Origin: a virus
Lineage: Duplodnaviria; Caudoviricetes
DNA length: 55,371 nucleotides
Direction: 5' to 3' (one strand)
IMG/VR virus record: IMGVR_UViG_3300025133_000132
Coordinates: 1 to 55,371 of that record
Each line of letters opens with the position of its first letter. Positions within the stretch are counted from its first letter, which is position 1. This document shows, one piece after another, positions 20,176 to 29,500 of this stretch. The translations under genes and the position numbers were made by a program. The notes under the pieces were generated by a model. That model was not told where the DNA came from. It was given only the letters and a program-made list of their open reading frames with translations, and did not search any database.

Positions 20176-20676
20176 GTGGCAACAAAGAAAAAGACTCAGC
20201 ACTTCCACCCGAGAGGGAACTACCTCCAGCGATGTGCCGGACGAGACCCTGCTGCCTGCCTTGCCCTGGCGGCATGGAAGGAGGTCCTCGGAGAGGAGCA
20301 CGGGATCGAGGAAGCTCACGACACGAACAACCGGGTCCGGGCTCGGGTCCTCAGCCAGCTCCACTCCATCGGCAGACTCCCCCGCCCCCGATTGCTCCAG
20401 CTCCTCCGGCACTACATGCACCAGACGGAGGAGGACGGGACGCTCCCAACCCTCGCCCGCTTCCGCAACCTCCTCCCCGAGCTCGAGCTCGAGTACCCCT
20501 GGGAGCCACGAGGTTCGCTTCTGAGACGTTCCCCACGTGAACTGGTACTCGGAGAGGACGCAGTCGTCGGGACGGGCCTGGTGGGGGCCAAGCCCGTCCT
20601 CATCACCGAGCACCGAGACAGCCGAGGGATGTTCGTCAAGCGAAGCGACGTGCGCGGGCCCACTCCGGGTCGATGA
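20176..20676 (+). CDS. Hypothetical protein, counter-oriented inside the replication region
   Basis: GGAGG RBS upstream of GTG; best protein-like ORF in the gap between dnaB and the operon. Confidence 0.55.
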   Translation: MATKKKTQHFHPRGNYLQRCAGRDPAACLALAAWKEVLGEEHGIEEAHDTNNRVRARVLSQLHSIGRLPRPRLLQLLRHYMHQTEEDGTLPTLARFRNLLPELELEYPWEPRGSLLRRSPRELVLGEDAVVGTGLVGAKPVLITEHRDSRGMFVKRSDVRGPTPGR

Positions 20677-22069
20677 AGCCCTCGTCCTTCGGGTCGAAGA
20701 CCTGGCCCACATCCATGCGGACGAACAGCTCGATGTCCTTCCTGCTGTCGTCTCGGGTGCCGACGGCGATGAACTCCAGCGGCTGAAGCCGGGCCCCCAG
20801 CTCCTGCTCGGTGTACTTCGACCCCCCGATCTTCTTCGGGTGGTGGTAGTGGAACTCTCGGTACACCCCGGCAGCGATGCCGGCGTCGAAGAGCATCTTC
20901 TCCGTGCCTCGGAAGTCTCCGGCGGCGGGCACACCCAGGCGACCGTTCGTCTTGCGGGTCTCACACTTCTGGTTCAGCTGCGAGAGGATGACGAGGGCGA
21001 TGTCCTCCCGCTTGGCGATGGCACGCAGCTCGTCACCGATGGCGTCCCACCCCGCAGTCTCCCCGGCGTTCCGTCCTCCGCCCTTCACGAGCTGGAAGTA
21101 GTCGAGGTACACGATGGGGCAGCCGTGTACCCGGGACATCCGAGTGATCGCCGAGCACACCCCTTCCAAGCTGTTCACCGAGTCGTCCACCCAGATGGGG
21201 AGCTGACCGATCTCGTCGATTGCCTGGAAGAAGGCCTCTCGCTCCTCGACCGAGGCGACCTGGTTCCGGAGCCTGCTCCAAGGGACCCCGCTCTTCGTCG
21301 CAGCCATCCGATACAGCAGCTTGCTGCCTGGCATCTCGATGCTCACGAACCCCTGGGGGACAGAGACCCCGCCGAAGAGGGGGTCAGCCCCACGGATCGC
21401 TGAGCTCAGGACGAACATCGTCTTGCCCATCTTCGACCGGCCACCGATGTAGCTGGGCCAGCCCCGGGGCCAGCCCGTGTAGTGCTCGTCGAACGAGGGG
21501 AAGTAGCTGGGCACGTACTCGACGAGGATGTCCCCGTCTGCGATCCGCTCGGCTCGAGCCCGCCCCAGGTTGGACACGTCCCGCATGCTGGTGACCGAGC
21601 TGGCTCGGCTGCCGACGGTGGAGATGTTCAGGACTCGACGCTCCGTGTCCTTCAGCAGCTCGGACGCAGGCTCCTCCCCCTCCTTGATGAGGGTGAGGGT
21701 GCGCTCGCACTCCTCCTGGAGCTGGCGCATCTTCGCCCCCTCGGCCACCACCGCACCCCACTCAGCGATCGAGGGGGTGACGCAAGCGTGGGTCGGGAGG
21801 CTGTGCAGGTACTCCGCTCCCCCGTACTTCGCGTTCAGCAGGTACTCGGTGCCCGCACTCTCGACGATCGCCATCGGGGAGATGGGCTTGCCTCCATGAG
21901 AGCGGTCCACGACCCAGCTGTAGATGTTCCGGTGCTGCTCCGTTGCCCAGCTGTCTCCGGTCAGCAGCTCCTCGACCTTGGAGAGGGACCCTCCCCCCGT
22001 GAGCAGCAGGTTCCCAAGCACTGCCCGCTCGGCACCAACCGGGCGGGTGTTCGTTCCTTCCACGAGCAC
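20636..22069 (-). CDS. dnaB: Replicative DNA helicase (DnaB family)
   Basis: AERAVLGNLL N-domain; Walker A GGRSKMGKT; SIEM; IVYLDYFQL; ILSQLN; DFRGT..MLFDA. Confidence 0.92.
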   Translation of the reverse strand: MLVEGTNTRPVGAERAVLGNLLLTGGGSLSKVEELLTGDSWATEQHRNIYSWVVDRSHGGKPISPMAIVESAGTEYLLNAKYGGAEYLHSLPTHACVTPSIAEWGAVVAEGAKMRQLQEECERTLTLIKEGEEPASELLKDTERRVLNISTVGSRASSVTSMRDVSNLGRARAERIADGDILVEYVPSYFPSFDEHYTGWPRGWPSYIGGRSKMGKTMFVLSSAIRGADPLFGGVSVPQGFVSIEMPGSKLLYRMAATKSGVPWSRLRNQVASVEEREAFFQAIDEIGQLPIWVDDSVNSLEGVCSAITRMSRVHGCPIVYLDYFQLVKGGGRNAGETAGWDAIGDELRAIAKREDIALVILSQLNQKCETRKTNGRLGVPAAGDFRGTEKMLFDAGIAAGVYREFHYHHPKKIGGSKYTEQELGARLQPLEFIAVGTRDDSRKDIELFVRMDVGQVFDPKDEGFIDPEWARARRFA

Positions 22070-22071
22070 TC

Positions 22072-22176
22072 CTCTAGGGGCTAGTGCTCTAGCACTTCCC
22101 CTAGGAACTATAGCTATTTAGGTGTTCTAGTTCTTCTAGTACCCCTAGAGCTAGAACTAGCACTAGTACTCTAGGA
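22072..22176. repeat. AT-enriched CTAG cluster 1 (candidate origin / protein-binding array)
   Basis: 11 CTAG tetramers in about 100 bp (22074, 22081, 22089, 22101, 22127, 22136, 22145, 22151, 22157, 22163, 22171) in the divergent gap upstream of dnaB. Confidence 0.8.
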
Positions 22177-22212
22177 GGAAACGCGCGAGGAGTTGACCCC
22201 GAGCACGCCCCA

Positions 22213-22242
22213 GAGCTACACCGGGTAGACGGAGGTTGTCAA
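22213..22242 (-). promoter_or_regulatory. Putative sigma70-type promoter for dnaB
   Basis: Minus strand TTGACA-18 bp-TAGCTC; 17/20 identical to the promoter at 20153-20172. Confidence 0.55.
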
Positions 22243-22246
22243 GCGT

Positions 22247-23206
22247 ATGCCCACCATCCACCCATCCAAGGCGGACAAGGAACGTCACGACCGTGACCGG
22301 ATCCCGTACCTCACGCTCACCAGCAAGTACCACCAGGGCAGGCTGGACATGATGAAGTGCGCCGCGATCCTCGGCCACTACGTCCACTACCCCGCCGGCT
22401 CCCCAGTCTCCCGACCCATCCTGTCCATCGGCGTGATGCAGCTGGGCATCACCAGGTACTGGGCGGGGGTCATCCCCGGGAAACGGATGATCTTCCTCGG
22501 CAGGAACGGACAGCTGTGGAGGTTCAAGCACCGGCAGCTCCCCGGCAAGGCGGCGAACCCCCTGACGATGGACGCCGACGGCAAGTCCATCTGGATGGAG
22601 ACCTACCGCTCGCTCATCGAGGACCTGCTGTGTCCGGCCGAGGAGATCCAGTCCACGAAGTACGCGAACTGGAGGTACCGAGCGACCGTGAAGGAGCTCG
22701 TGCGACGGCGCATCGACGAGGCCCGGGACTACGACCGGGACCTGTCCCCGACGGACTTCGCCCGAGGGGTGTGCGAGAGCTGGAGCCACATCGACCTGTT
22801 GAACCCGAGGTACCCGACGGTGCAGCACGCGCTGTTCACCGCTCTCGTGCTCGCTCTCGAGCGCAAGCAGGCGGCCGAGCTCATCGAGCTGGGTGCCCTC
22901 ATGGAGTACCGGGTGCCGCTCGTCACGAGGCACATGGCCGGACAGATGTACGACCAGGGCATCCGTCTCCTCGCTCGGCTGTGCCCGGCCTGGTACTCCG
23001 AAGGCTGGGCGCTGGACTGGAAGCTGTACGGGAGCATCGACCGGTACTTCCGGAGGGAGTTCGCGAAGACCATCTCGCTGGCCTCGACCCAGGATGCTGA
23101 CTTCGCTGCCGTCCACGGGAAGCTGAGGCGGGGCCTGCCCCCAGTAGGGAGGCCGACCGAGGAGGAACTGAAGGGCGAGGTTGCGGAAAGGTTGTCACCC
23201 GGGTAG
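22247..23206 (+). CDS. Hypothetical protein (319 aa)
   Basis: GGAGG RBS, strong codon bias; no family recognised. Confidence 0.75.
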   Translation: MPTIHPSKADKERHDRDRIPYLTLTSKYHQGRLDMMKCAAILGHYVHYPAGSPVSRPILSIGVMQLGITRYWAGVIPGKRMIFLGRNGQLWRFKHRQLPGKAANPLTMDADGKSIWMETYRSLIEDLLCPAEEIQSTKYANWRYRATVKELVRRRIDEARDYDRDLSPTDFARGVCESWSHIDLLNPRYPTVQHALFTALVLALERKQAAELIELGALMEYRVPLVTRHMAGQMYDQGIRLLARLCPAWYSEGWALDWKLYGSIDRYFRREFAKTISLASTQDADFAAVHGKLRRGLPPVGRPTEEELKGEVAERLSPG

Positions 23207-23209
23207 AGT
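23181..23209 (+). promoter_or_regulatory. Putative sigma70-type early promoter
   Basis: TTGCGG-17 bp-TAGAGT; spacer contains GGTTGTCACCC, shared with 34921. Confidence 0.55.
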
Positions 23210-23263
23210 GGTGGCTCCTCATCGAGAGGAACGCCCCGGCGAACCGGGAACCAGGAGAACCAG

Positions 23264-23839
23264 ATGAAGATTCCATCGATCACAACTCCCGCTGCTGAGG
23301 GACTCATCGGCCGCCTGTGCGCCGGCACCACCAGCAAGCGCTCCGACTACCGCGTCCTCTGGATCGGCGAGCACCTCGCCATCGTGAAGTGGAAGGGTGG
23401 CTCCTACCACAACCGTGGCCGGAACTACGTGAACGGTGACGTGTCCCTGAAGGACCTCACCCGCGCCCCCACGGTCAACCGGACCCGCGCCCCCACGGTC
23501 AAGAAGTATCTGGAGGTCAACCGCAGCCCCAGGGAGTGGGAGGTCACCGACGCTGAGAAGCAGGGCTACGACATCGGTCTGCTCACGAAGGCGCACCTCG
23601 CGAAGTACATCGCCGATGCCGAGAAGCGTGACGCCGGCTGGCTCGCTGAGCGGGCAGCCGCCGCCACGGCGACAAGAATCCGCCGGGCTGCGGAGGAGCG
23701 CAAGCGCAACCTCGAGCAGGAGGTGCGACGTAGCAAGCAGGTCCTCCTCGTTGCCGCTGAAGACAACGAGGAGCTCTCTGGTCTTGCTGCTGACTACCGG
23801 GCCGCCATCGCCGCGCTCAACGCCGAGGTGGCCCCTTGA
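23264..23839 (+). CDS. Hypothetical early protein (C-terminal coiled coil)
   Basis: AGGAG RBS; internal 24-bp tandem duplication (TRAPTVNRTRAPTVK). Confidence 0.75.
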   Translation: MKIPSITTPAAEGLIGRLCAGTTSKRSDYRVLWIGEHLAIVKWKGGSYHNRGRNYVNGDVSLKDLTRAPTVNRTRAPTVKKYLEVNRSPREWEVTDAEKQGYDIGLLTKAHLAKYIADAEKRDAGWLAERAAAATATRIRRAAEERKRNLEQEVRRSKQVLLVAAEDNEELSGLAADYRAAIAALNAEVAP

Positions 23840-24270
23840 AGAATCGAACCGAAGCCGAGTGGCTGCTCATCCTCCACAAGTCCCTGTCCCAGGCCTCAGA
23901 GGATGAGTGCGGGGTCGTCGTCGTCCTCGACCCAGCGGTGTACGAGTGGCTTCACGCTGACGTGCGGAAGCGCATCGGCGGGCCCGTCGCCAGTCGTCCC
24001 GCCTCGAAGGAGTGGTGGGAGAGTGGAGGCGGATCGGGCCAGGCGTACGTGAACGCCAGCGGCGAGATGATCCGGGACACGGTGCGCTGGCCCCGCCGCC
24101 CCCGACAGTTCCTCGTCTACGACCTGAACCAGGAGCGGCTGGAGGTCTACTGGGACAGGGAACAGGCCGCAGAGCGCATGCTGGAGACCAACGTTTTCGG
24201 CCTCTGGATCGACTGGACTCGGCAGACCGAAGCCAACGCGCAGGCTGCGCTCGACCGGGCGCTCTCGTGA
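23836..24270 (+). CDS. Hypothetical protein
   Basis: TTGA-coupled, GAGGT RBS. Confidence 0.65.
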   Translation: MKNRTEAEWLLILHKSLSQASEDECGVVVVLDPAVYEWLHADVRKRIGGPVASRPASKEWWESGGGSGQAYVNASGEMIRDTVRWPRRPRQFLVYDLNQERLEVYWDREQAAERMLETNVFGLWIDWTRQTEANAQAALDRALS

Positions 24271-24629
24271 GCGTGGGAAGCCGAGTCTTCCTGCCCCTGG
24301 GCCTTCGGGGTGCGATCGTCACCCGTGTCATCCAGCACCAGGGCACGACCTACTACCAGACGGATCGGCTGACCAAGGGGAACAAGACCCTCACGGTCCG
24401 GGCGCTGGACTGCACGCTCACGACTCCGGATCCCCGGGTGGTTCCGTACCGGGGGGACATGGTCATCCTGAACGAACGCCTGCTCCTCGTGTCCAGCGTG
24501 GAGTGGGGGCGGGACGAGACCGCCACCCCCTGGGTCACGGCGCAGAACCCGCTCGACTCGCACGACACGTGGAGCTCCACGCTGGAGCTGTGGCAGTCCG
24601 AGATGCGAGTGGCAGAGCTGGTCCCGTGA
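24267..24629 (+). CDS. Hypothetical protein
   Basis: GTGA-coupled; start uncertain. Confidence 0.55.
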   Translation: MSVGSRVFLPLGLRGAIVTRVIQHQGTTYYQTDRLTKGNKTLTVRALDCTLTTPDPRVVPYRGDMVILNERLLLVSSVEWGRDETATPWVTAQNPLDSHDTWSSTLELWQSEMRVAELVP

Positions 24630-25003
24630 GCCGGCGCTACCGACGAGACATGCAGCGAGGCCCGAGCCATCGAGGTGTACCTGGAGAAGGCACAGATCGG
24701 GCCGAAAACACCGGCGCGTACCGTCGTTCCGCCCAGCGAGATCCCGTTCTGACACCGGCGCGTACCTCCCACGTGAACGGGGGACCCTGGCGCAAGGACC
24801 TGATCATCGAAGCCCTCGCTACGCATGGGCTCCTGTCCGTGGCCGAGCTCGGGCGGGCCGCGCTCATGAACAAGTCCCTGGTCACGAGCACCCTCTTCTA
24901 CCTGCCACGCACGTGGGTGGGCAGGCGCAAGCACGCACGTGCGTGGGAGAAGAAGCGGGTCTATCGCTACTTCCTGGTAGCTGCCGAAGACGAGGAGCTG
25001 TAG
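24626..25003 (+). CDS. Putative winged-HTH protein
   Basis: LIIEALATHGLLSVAELGRAALMNKSLVTSTL...VYRYFL; GTGA-coupled. Confidence 0.5.
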   Translation: MSRRYRRDMQRGPSHRGVPGEGTDRAENTGAYRRSAQRDPVLTPARTSHVNGGPWRKDLIIEALATHGLLSVAELGRAALMNKSLVTSTLFYLPRTWVGRRKHARAWEKKRVYRYFLVAAEDEEL

Positions 25004-25119
25004 ATCGGCCTGGCTGGCGGGCTCAGCCACCGTTGCTGCCGCCGGGTTATATTGCTGTTGGCTCCCAACCGATGGGGGCTGCCCGGCTCGGCGGTTTCCG
25101 AGACCCAGACGGAGTGCAC

Positions 25120-26838
25120 ATGAGCACGCAGACGAACGAGAACGAGACCACCATCATCCCCGTCCAGGCCTACGTCCTGAACGACATCATCATGCACGTC
25201 GGCACGGCGCAGGAGTGCATGAAGCACTTCGCCGAGAACAACTTCGGCGGACGCATCCTCTCGCACGTGGACGCCCTGGTCCTCGGGTTCGAGTACGCCC
25301 CGGACGTGACCATCCCGATGGACGAGGCCGAGCCGCAGCTCGACCCCGTGGAGACGGACAAGCTCATGCAGGCGACGGTCGCCGAGGTCGAGGCGATGAC
25401 CGAGCCGGGCGACGGGCTCGTGTACGTCGAGGGTGTGGGACGCGTGGCCCGCGCCGTGGCCGACGCCATCAACGCCGCCCGGGGCGGGGACGAGACCGAG
25501 CTGAAGTCCACGATGCAGGACGGGGACGTGGTCCACACGGGTGCGGACGGGACCGTCTCGCAGCTCGCCGTCCAGCGCATCGAGCGTCACCAGGATGCGC
25601 TCAAGAGCATCGGCATCCACCACGCCCCGCCCGTGTACGCCGCTGGTACCCGGGTCATCGGGTGGGGGAAGGACAACTTCCGCGTGTCCCGTGAGGAGTG
25701 GCGGAACCAGCCCGCCTTCGAGGAGTCCGGGCAGGCGATCATCGACGCCATCCAGGCGGAGGAGCGGGTAGACCTGCACACCAGCCTGCACAACCTGCGC
25801 ATGCAGGACGACGGGATCATCACGAGCGTGTCCACGGGGCAGAAGCTGGCGACCGAGGCGTGGGGCCTGAAGCGCCTGCTCCCCTTCATGCGGTTCCCCG
25901 AGGGTCACATGTACGACGGGAAGATGGTCGCCGAGGGAGCGGGCAACTACCTCATGCGCATGGACCCGGGTGAGCGGGCGCACCGGTTCAACCGGGACGT
26001 GATGCGGGCCGATGACCGAGCCGTCGTCCTCCGGACCCGGTCCGATGGCAACGGGGGCCGGGCGCTCTACGCCACGGTCTCGCAGAAGTACGACACCACG
26101 ATGGGCGGGGACGTGGCGCTCGACATCATGATGCGGGCGCTCGAAGGTCGGGGCTACAAGGGCTCGGTCATCTACGACCCGGAGACCACCCGGGTGACGG
26201 CGGAGGCCAGCTACCACGCGGACAAGGTCGTGGACCTGTCGGCGGGCGACGTGTTCAAGATGGGCCTGGAGTTCCAGACCCGGGACGACGGCGGCTCCTC
26301 GTTCAAGGGCGGACCGTTCTCCGTGCGAAACCTGTGCCTGAACCTGATCATCCTCGATCGTGCGAAGGGTGAGCAGGTCAAGTTCGTGCACAAGGGACGG
26401 CACGGCGACAGCAACCGCCTCGTGCGTGAGGTGCAGGCCGCCTTCACGAAGAGCCAGCGGGTCTTCGACCGGTTCGCCGACGAGTGGGGGATCCTCCGGG
26501 GCACGAGCATCAAGGACGTGAGCCTGTGGGGCAAGACGTTCACGTCCGTGGAGGACGCCCTCACGTACGCCGTGGAGGACAACCGCCTGGACGTGAGCCT
26601 GAAGGACAGCATCCTGGTCGAAGCGCTCCTGAAGGGCTTCGGCAAGGAGCCGGGTGAGTCCCTCGCGGACATGATCAACGCCGTGACCCGGGCCGCGCAC
26701 GAGGAGGAGTGGGGGAACGCCGCTCTCGAACGTGAGCTGGAGCAGATCGCCGGGCGCGTCCTCGTCCCCGTCCTCGTGGAGCAGGCGAACGAGCCCGCCC
26801 GCAAGACGTTCGGCATGAGCCCCATCGCCCAGGCGTAG
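25120..26838 (+). CDS. DUF932-like protein with a long N-terminal extension (572 aa)
   Basis: ALYATVSQKY, GLEFQTRDDGGSS, VRNLCLNL and KFVHKG motifs resemble DUF932/DUF945; GGAG RBS at ATG 25120. Confidence 0.65.
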   Translation: MSTQTNENETTIIPVQAYVLNDIIMHVGTAQECMKHFAENNFGGRILSHVDALVLGFEYAPDVTIPMDEAEPQLDPVETDKLMQATVAEVEAMTEPGDGLVYVEGVGRVARAVADAINAARGGDETELKSTMQDGDVVHTGADGTVSQLAVQRIERHQDALKSIGIHHAPPVYAAGTRVIGWGKDNFRVSREEWRNQPAFEESGQAIIDAIQAEERVDLHTSLHNLRMQDDGIITSVSTGQKLATEAWGLKRLLPFMRFPEGHMYDGKMVAEGAGNYLMRMDPGERAHRFNRDVMRADDRAVVLRTRSDGNGGRALYATVSQKYDTTMGGDVALDIMMRALEGRGYKGSVIYDPETTRVTAEASYHADKVVDLSAGDVFKMGLEFQTRDDGGSSFKGGPFSVRNLCLNLIILDRAKGEQVKFVHKGRHGDSNRLVREVQAAFTKSQRVFDRFADEWGILRGTSIKDVSLWGKTFTSVEDALTYAVEDNRLDVSLKDSILVEALLKGFGKEPGESLADMINAVTRAAHEEEWGNAALERELEQIAGRVLVPVLVEQANEPARKTFGMSPIAQA

Positions 26839-26853
26839 GGGTCCACGAGTCCC

Positions 26854-26879
26854 GGGGTAGGGGCTTCGGCTCCTACCCC
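26854..26879 (+). terminator. Hairpin (putative terminator/processing site)
   Basis: GGGGTAGGGGC-TTCG-GCTCCTACCCC stem with a UUCG loop after the stop; no U-tract. Confidence 0.55.
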
Positions 26880-26937
26880 CTGCTCGTGCACTCCTGCATG
26901 ACGACCGGGCGAACCCGGACACGAGGACAGAATCCCC

Positions 26938-27366
26938 ATGCCCATCACAATCACCCTCGACACGGACCACAAGGCGCAGGTCACGGAACGGGAGGACGGC
27001 TGGTACTACTGGCTGTGCATCCCCTTCGCCGAGGAGCACGGTCCCGTGCCTACGCGTCGCATCGCAGCGGGACACGCCCGCATCATGAGCGTGTCCCACG
27101 AGGAGCAGCTCGCCAGCGACAACGAGCTGAAGGCCACGAACATCATCGCCAAGCACGCGCCCGTCATGCACACCCTCACCTGTGACTTGGACGAGGGCTG
27201 CTTCTGCTCGGACGCTCACCTCACCGAGTCGGTGCAGGCGACCCGTCGCCTGTTCCGCATCCTCGATCACGAGGGCTACGGGTACACTCTGTACGAGGAC
27301 GGCACCCTGCACTGGTCCTTCGGATCCCTGGTCATCCACGTCGAGATCGGGCAGGTGTCCCGATGA
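26938..27366 (+). CDS. Hypothetical early protein
   Basis: GAGGA RBS, codon bias. Confidence 0.7.
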   Translation: MPITITLDTDHKAQVTEREDGWYYWLCIPFAEEHGPVPTRRIAAGHARIMSVSHEEQLASDNELKATNIIAKHAPVMHTLTCDLDEGCFCSDAHLTESVQATRRLFRILDHEGYGYTLYEDGTLHWSFGSLVIHVEIGQVSR

Positions 27367-28028
27367 GTGCGCCCTTCAGCCTGCGTGTTCGGTGCCCCGC
27401 CTGCAGCAACATGTGCCCGGTCGCCACCCGTGATGAGCTCGCTGGAGACGCCGGCATCCAGTGGTCCGAGGACTACCTGGATGCCGAGTGGGCGGGCTCC
27501 ATGTTTGTGTATTGGGATGTTCAGAACCCCGAGCGAGGGGAGCACGGCGGAGTGCTCCTCGTGTGCGAGTGTGGGCACGTGTACGAGGAAGGCGAGCTGC
27601 TCCTCAAGCGGCTGGACCGGGGTCAGGTCCTCGACTTGCCGCCCATGCACGGACACGTGGGACGTGGGCTCGCCATCGACGAGGCCGCCATCCTCGATGC
27701 AGTCCTGCGCCTGCACCCGCAGGCGCGTATCGAGCAGCTCAGCTTCACGTACCGGTCCCCGACGCCTCCCCATTACGTCGCGACGAACAAGATCGATGCC
27801 GACGTGCTCGTACACTGGTCGTACCCGCACGAGGACGTGAACGTGAACGGAGGGATCCCGGTCGGGTCCTGGCACCGGGTGACCCGGGCTGTGATCTGCC
27901 GCACCGGCGCGTCGTACCTGGACGGCTCCCCGGTCAAGCTCTACGAGGCGGAGGACCTGCCGCTGAACGCACGTGACGCGCGCTACCTGTACGAGCGGAC
28001 CGTGCACCTGCGTGCGGAGCTCGGATGA
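27363..28028 (+). CDS. Zinc-ribbon-containing hypothetical protein
   Basis: RCPAC...VCECGH; ATGA-coupled. Confidence 0.65.
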   Translation: MSAPFSLRVRCPACSNMCPVATRDELAGDAGIQWSEDYLDAEWAGSMFVYWDVQNPERGEHGGVLLVCECGHVYEEGELLLKRLDRGQVLDLPPMHGHVGRGLAIDEAAILDAVLRLHPQARIEQLSFTYRSPTPPHYVATNKIDADVLVHWSYPHEDVNVNGGIPVGSWHRVTRAVICRTGASYLDGSPVKLYEAEDLPLNARDARYLYERTVHLRAELG

Positions 28029-28180
28029 AGCTGGCCTACGCCGTCGTCGCACTCATCTACGTGGCGTGCGTGGGTGGTGCGTTCACGTACCTGGGTCCGC
28101 GCGATGCGTTGTGCACGTGGATCGCCATCTCGTTCGGCTACCTCATGCTCTTCGCTGGACAGGAAGAGGACACCCTCTGA
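28025..28180 (+). CDS. Small two-TM membrane protein (51 aa, below the ORF-track cutoff)
   Basis: Own translation MKLAYAVVALIYVACVGGAFTYLGPRDALCTWIAISFGYLMLFAGQEEDTL; ATGA-coupled, GGAG RBS. Confidence 0.6.
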   Translation: MKLAYAVVALIYVACVGGAFTYLGPRDALCTWIAISFGYLMLFAGQEEDTL

Positions 28181-28201
28181 AGCCGCCATCCAGGCGGATC
28201 G

Positions 28202-28235
28202 ACAACCCCGGCTTGGGTTTCTGAGCCGGGGTTGT
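28202..28235. terminator. 12-bp inverted repeat overlapping a putative extended -10 promoter
   Basis: ACAACCCCGGCT-N10-AGCCGGGGTTGT followed by TGTTATGTT. Confidence 0.45.
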
Positions 28236-28302
28236 GTTATGTTGGTTTCCTGACACCGAGTCAGGCCGACCCGGCGGTTCCCGGGATCACGAGGACAGAC
28301 AC

Positions 28303-28626
28303 ATGACCAACCCCAGTGCGTTCCTGCGCACCTATACGAACCCCGCATCCGCAGACGTGGCCGCCACGGTGGCGAGCGAGGTGCTGAGTGAGAAGCTCGG
28401 TGCCCGAGTCATCGTCACGTACGAGGAGGTGGCCCCCTACGAGTACATGCTCACGCTCCCGGAGAGCCTGGAGCTGGTGCCCGCCACGGGCATGGTGCAC
28501 GACATGCCGCTGAAGCAGAAGCCCTTCGCCCCGGCGGAGCACTCGATGCTCCTCGTGTGCGACGAGGACGGACGGGTCAGCGAGCCCACCACGTACCCGC
28601 TCACCCACACCGGCCTGGAGTCCTGA
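28303..28626 (+). CDS. Hypothetical early protein
   Basis: GAGGA RBS before ATG 28303. Confidence 0.7.
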   Translation: MTNPSAFLRTYTNPASADVAATVASEVLSEKLGARVIVTYEEVAPYEYMLTLPESLELVPATGMVHDMPLKQKPFAPAEHSMLLVCDEDGRVSEPTTYPLTHTGLES

Positions 28627-29036
28627 TGTCCCTCAGCATCCTGCTTTCGTTCGTGTCCGCCATGCGTGAGGTCGGAGCCATGCGTGACCGCTTGTCCAAC
28701 GACCCCGCCACGGATGACGTGCCCTGGGACAAGGCGGCCCAGTGCTTCGACGACTGGGCCGCCGACCACCTTGCGCAGGTCATCGCCAAGTACGACGACA
28801 TGCGCCTGGACGAGGTCGGCGGGCTCACCATCGCGGACCTCACGTGGCTGTACGAGGGGTGGCAGGAGCGGCTCGCCGCCAACGCCCTGCCCGACGACCA
28901 CGAGGATCACGACCGGGACGACGGGTACGAGGACGTGATGACGAGCCTCGGGTACGTCGCCCTCCACATGGACGGGCGCGTGTCGGTCTTCAACGGTCCC
29001 GAGCGTACTCTCGTGCACCTGTCGGAGGTGTTCTGA
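28626..29036 (+). CDS. Acidic early protein (paralog of the next gene)
   Basis: TGATG-coupled; Asp-rich; C-terminal GYEDVMTSLGYVALHMDG. Confidence 0.7.
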   Translation: MSLSILLSFVSAMREVGAMRDRLSNDPATDDVPWDKAAQCFDDWAADHLAQVIAKYDDMRLDEVGGLTIADLTWLYEGWQERLAANALPDDHEDHDRDDGYEDVMTSLGYVALHMDGRVSVFNGPERTLVHLSEVF

Positions 29037-29038
29037 TC

Positions 29039-29500
29039 ATGCGGACCATCACACACAAGGGGTACACCATCGAGGCCTTCAGCTCCATGTACATGGACTG
29101 GGGACTGTGCATCAGCGTGGGCGATCACCAGCTCATGTACAACCCGAGCTGTCTCTCGAACGAGAGCTGGGGTGCCACGTACGAGGACGACGACGGCAAC
29201 GAGTTCGACGAGGGCATCCCGTGGACGGACGAGCAGTGGTGCGAGTGTCTGCGTGACGAGGCCGACGACTTCATCGAGGCCTACGTGCAGGAGCACAAGG
29301 CGAACCCTGACTGGGGCGCGCTCACGGCCCACGACATGGCTCACCTCGTGAACGAGTATCACTCGTACAAGAGCGGGTTCGGAAACGACTGGTCGTCCGG
29401 CTACTACGACGTGATGACCAGCAAGGGCTACGTCAGCTTGTACGCAGACGGGACGGTCTACGCTCACGGACGTGAACTCGTGGACCTGGGGGTGCGGTGA
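29039..29500 (+). CDS. Acidic/aromatic early protein
   Basis: GGAGG RBS; YEDDDGNEFDEG...DEADDFIE; C-terminal GYYDVMTSKGYVSLYADG. Confidence 0.7.
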   Translation: MRTITHKGYTIEAFSSMYMDWGLCISVGDHQLMYNPSCLSNESWGATYEDDDGNEFDEGIPWTDEQWCECLRDEADDFIEAYVQEHKANPDWGALTAHDMAHLVNEYHSYKSGFGNDWSSGYYDVMTSKGYVSLYADGTVYAHGRELVDLGVR

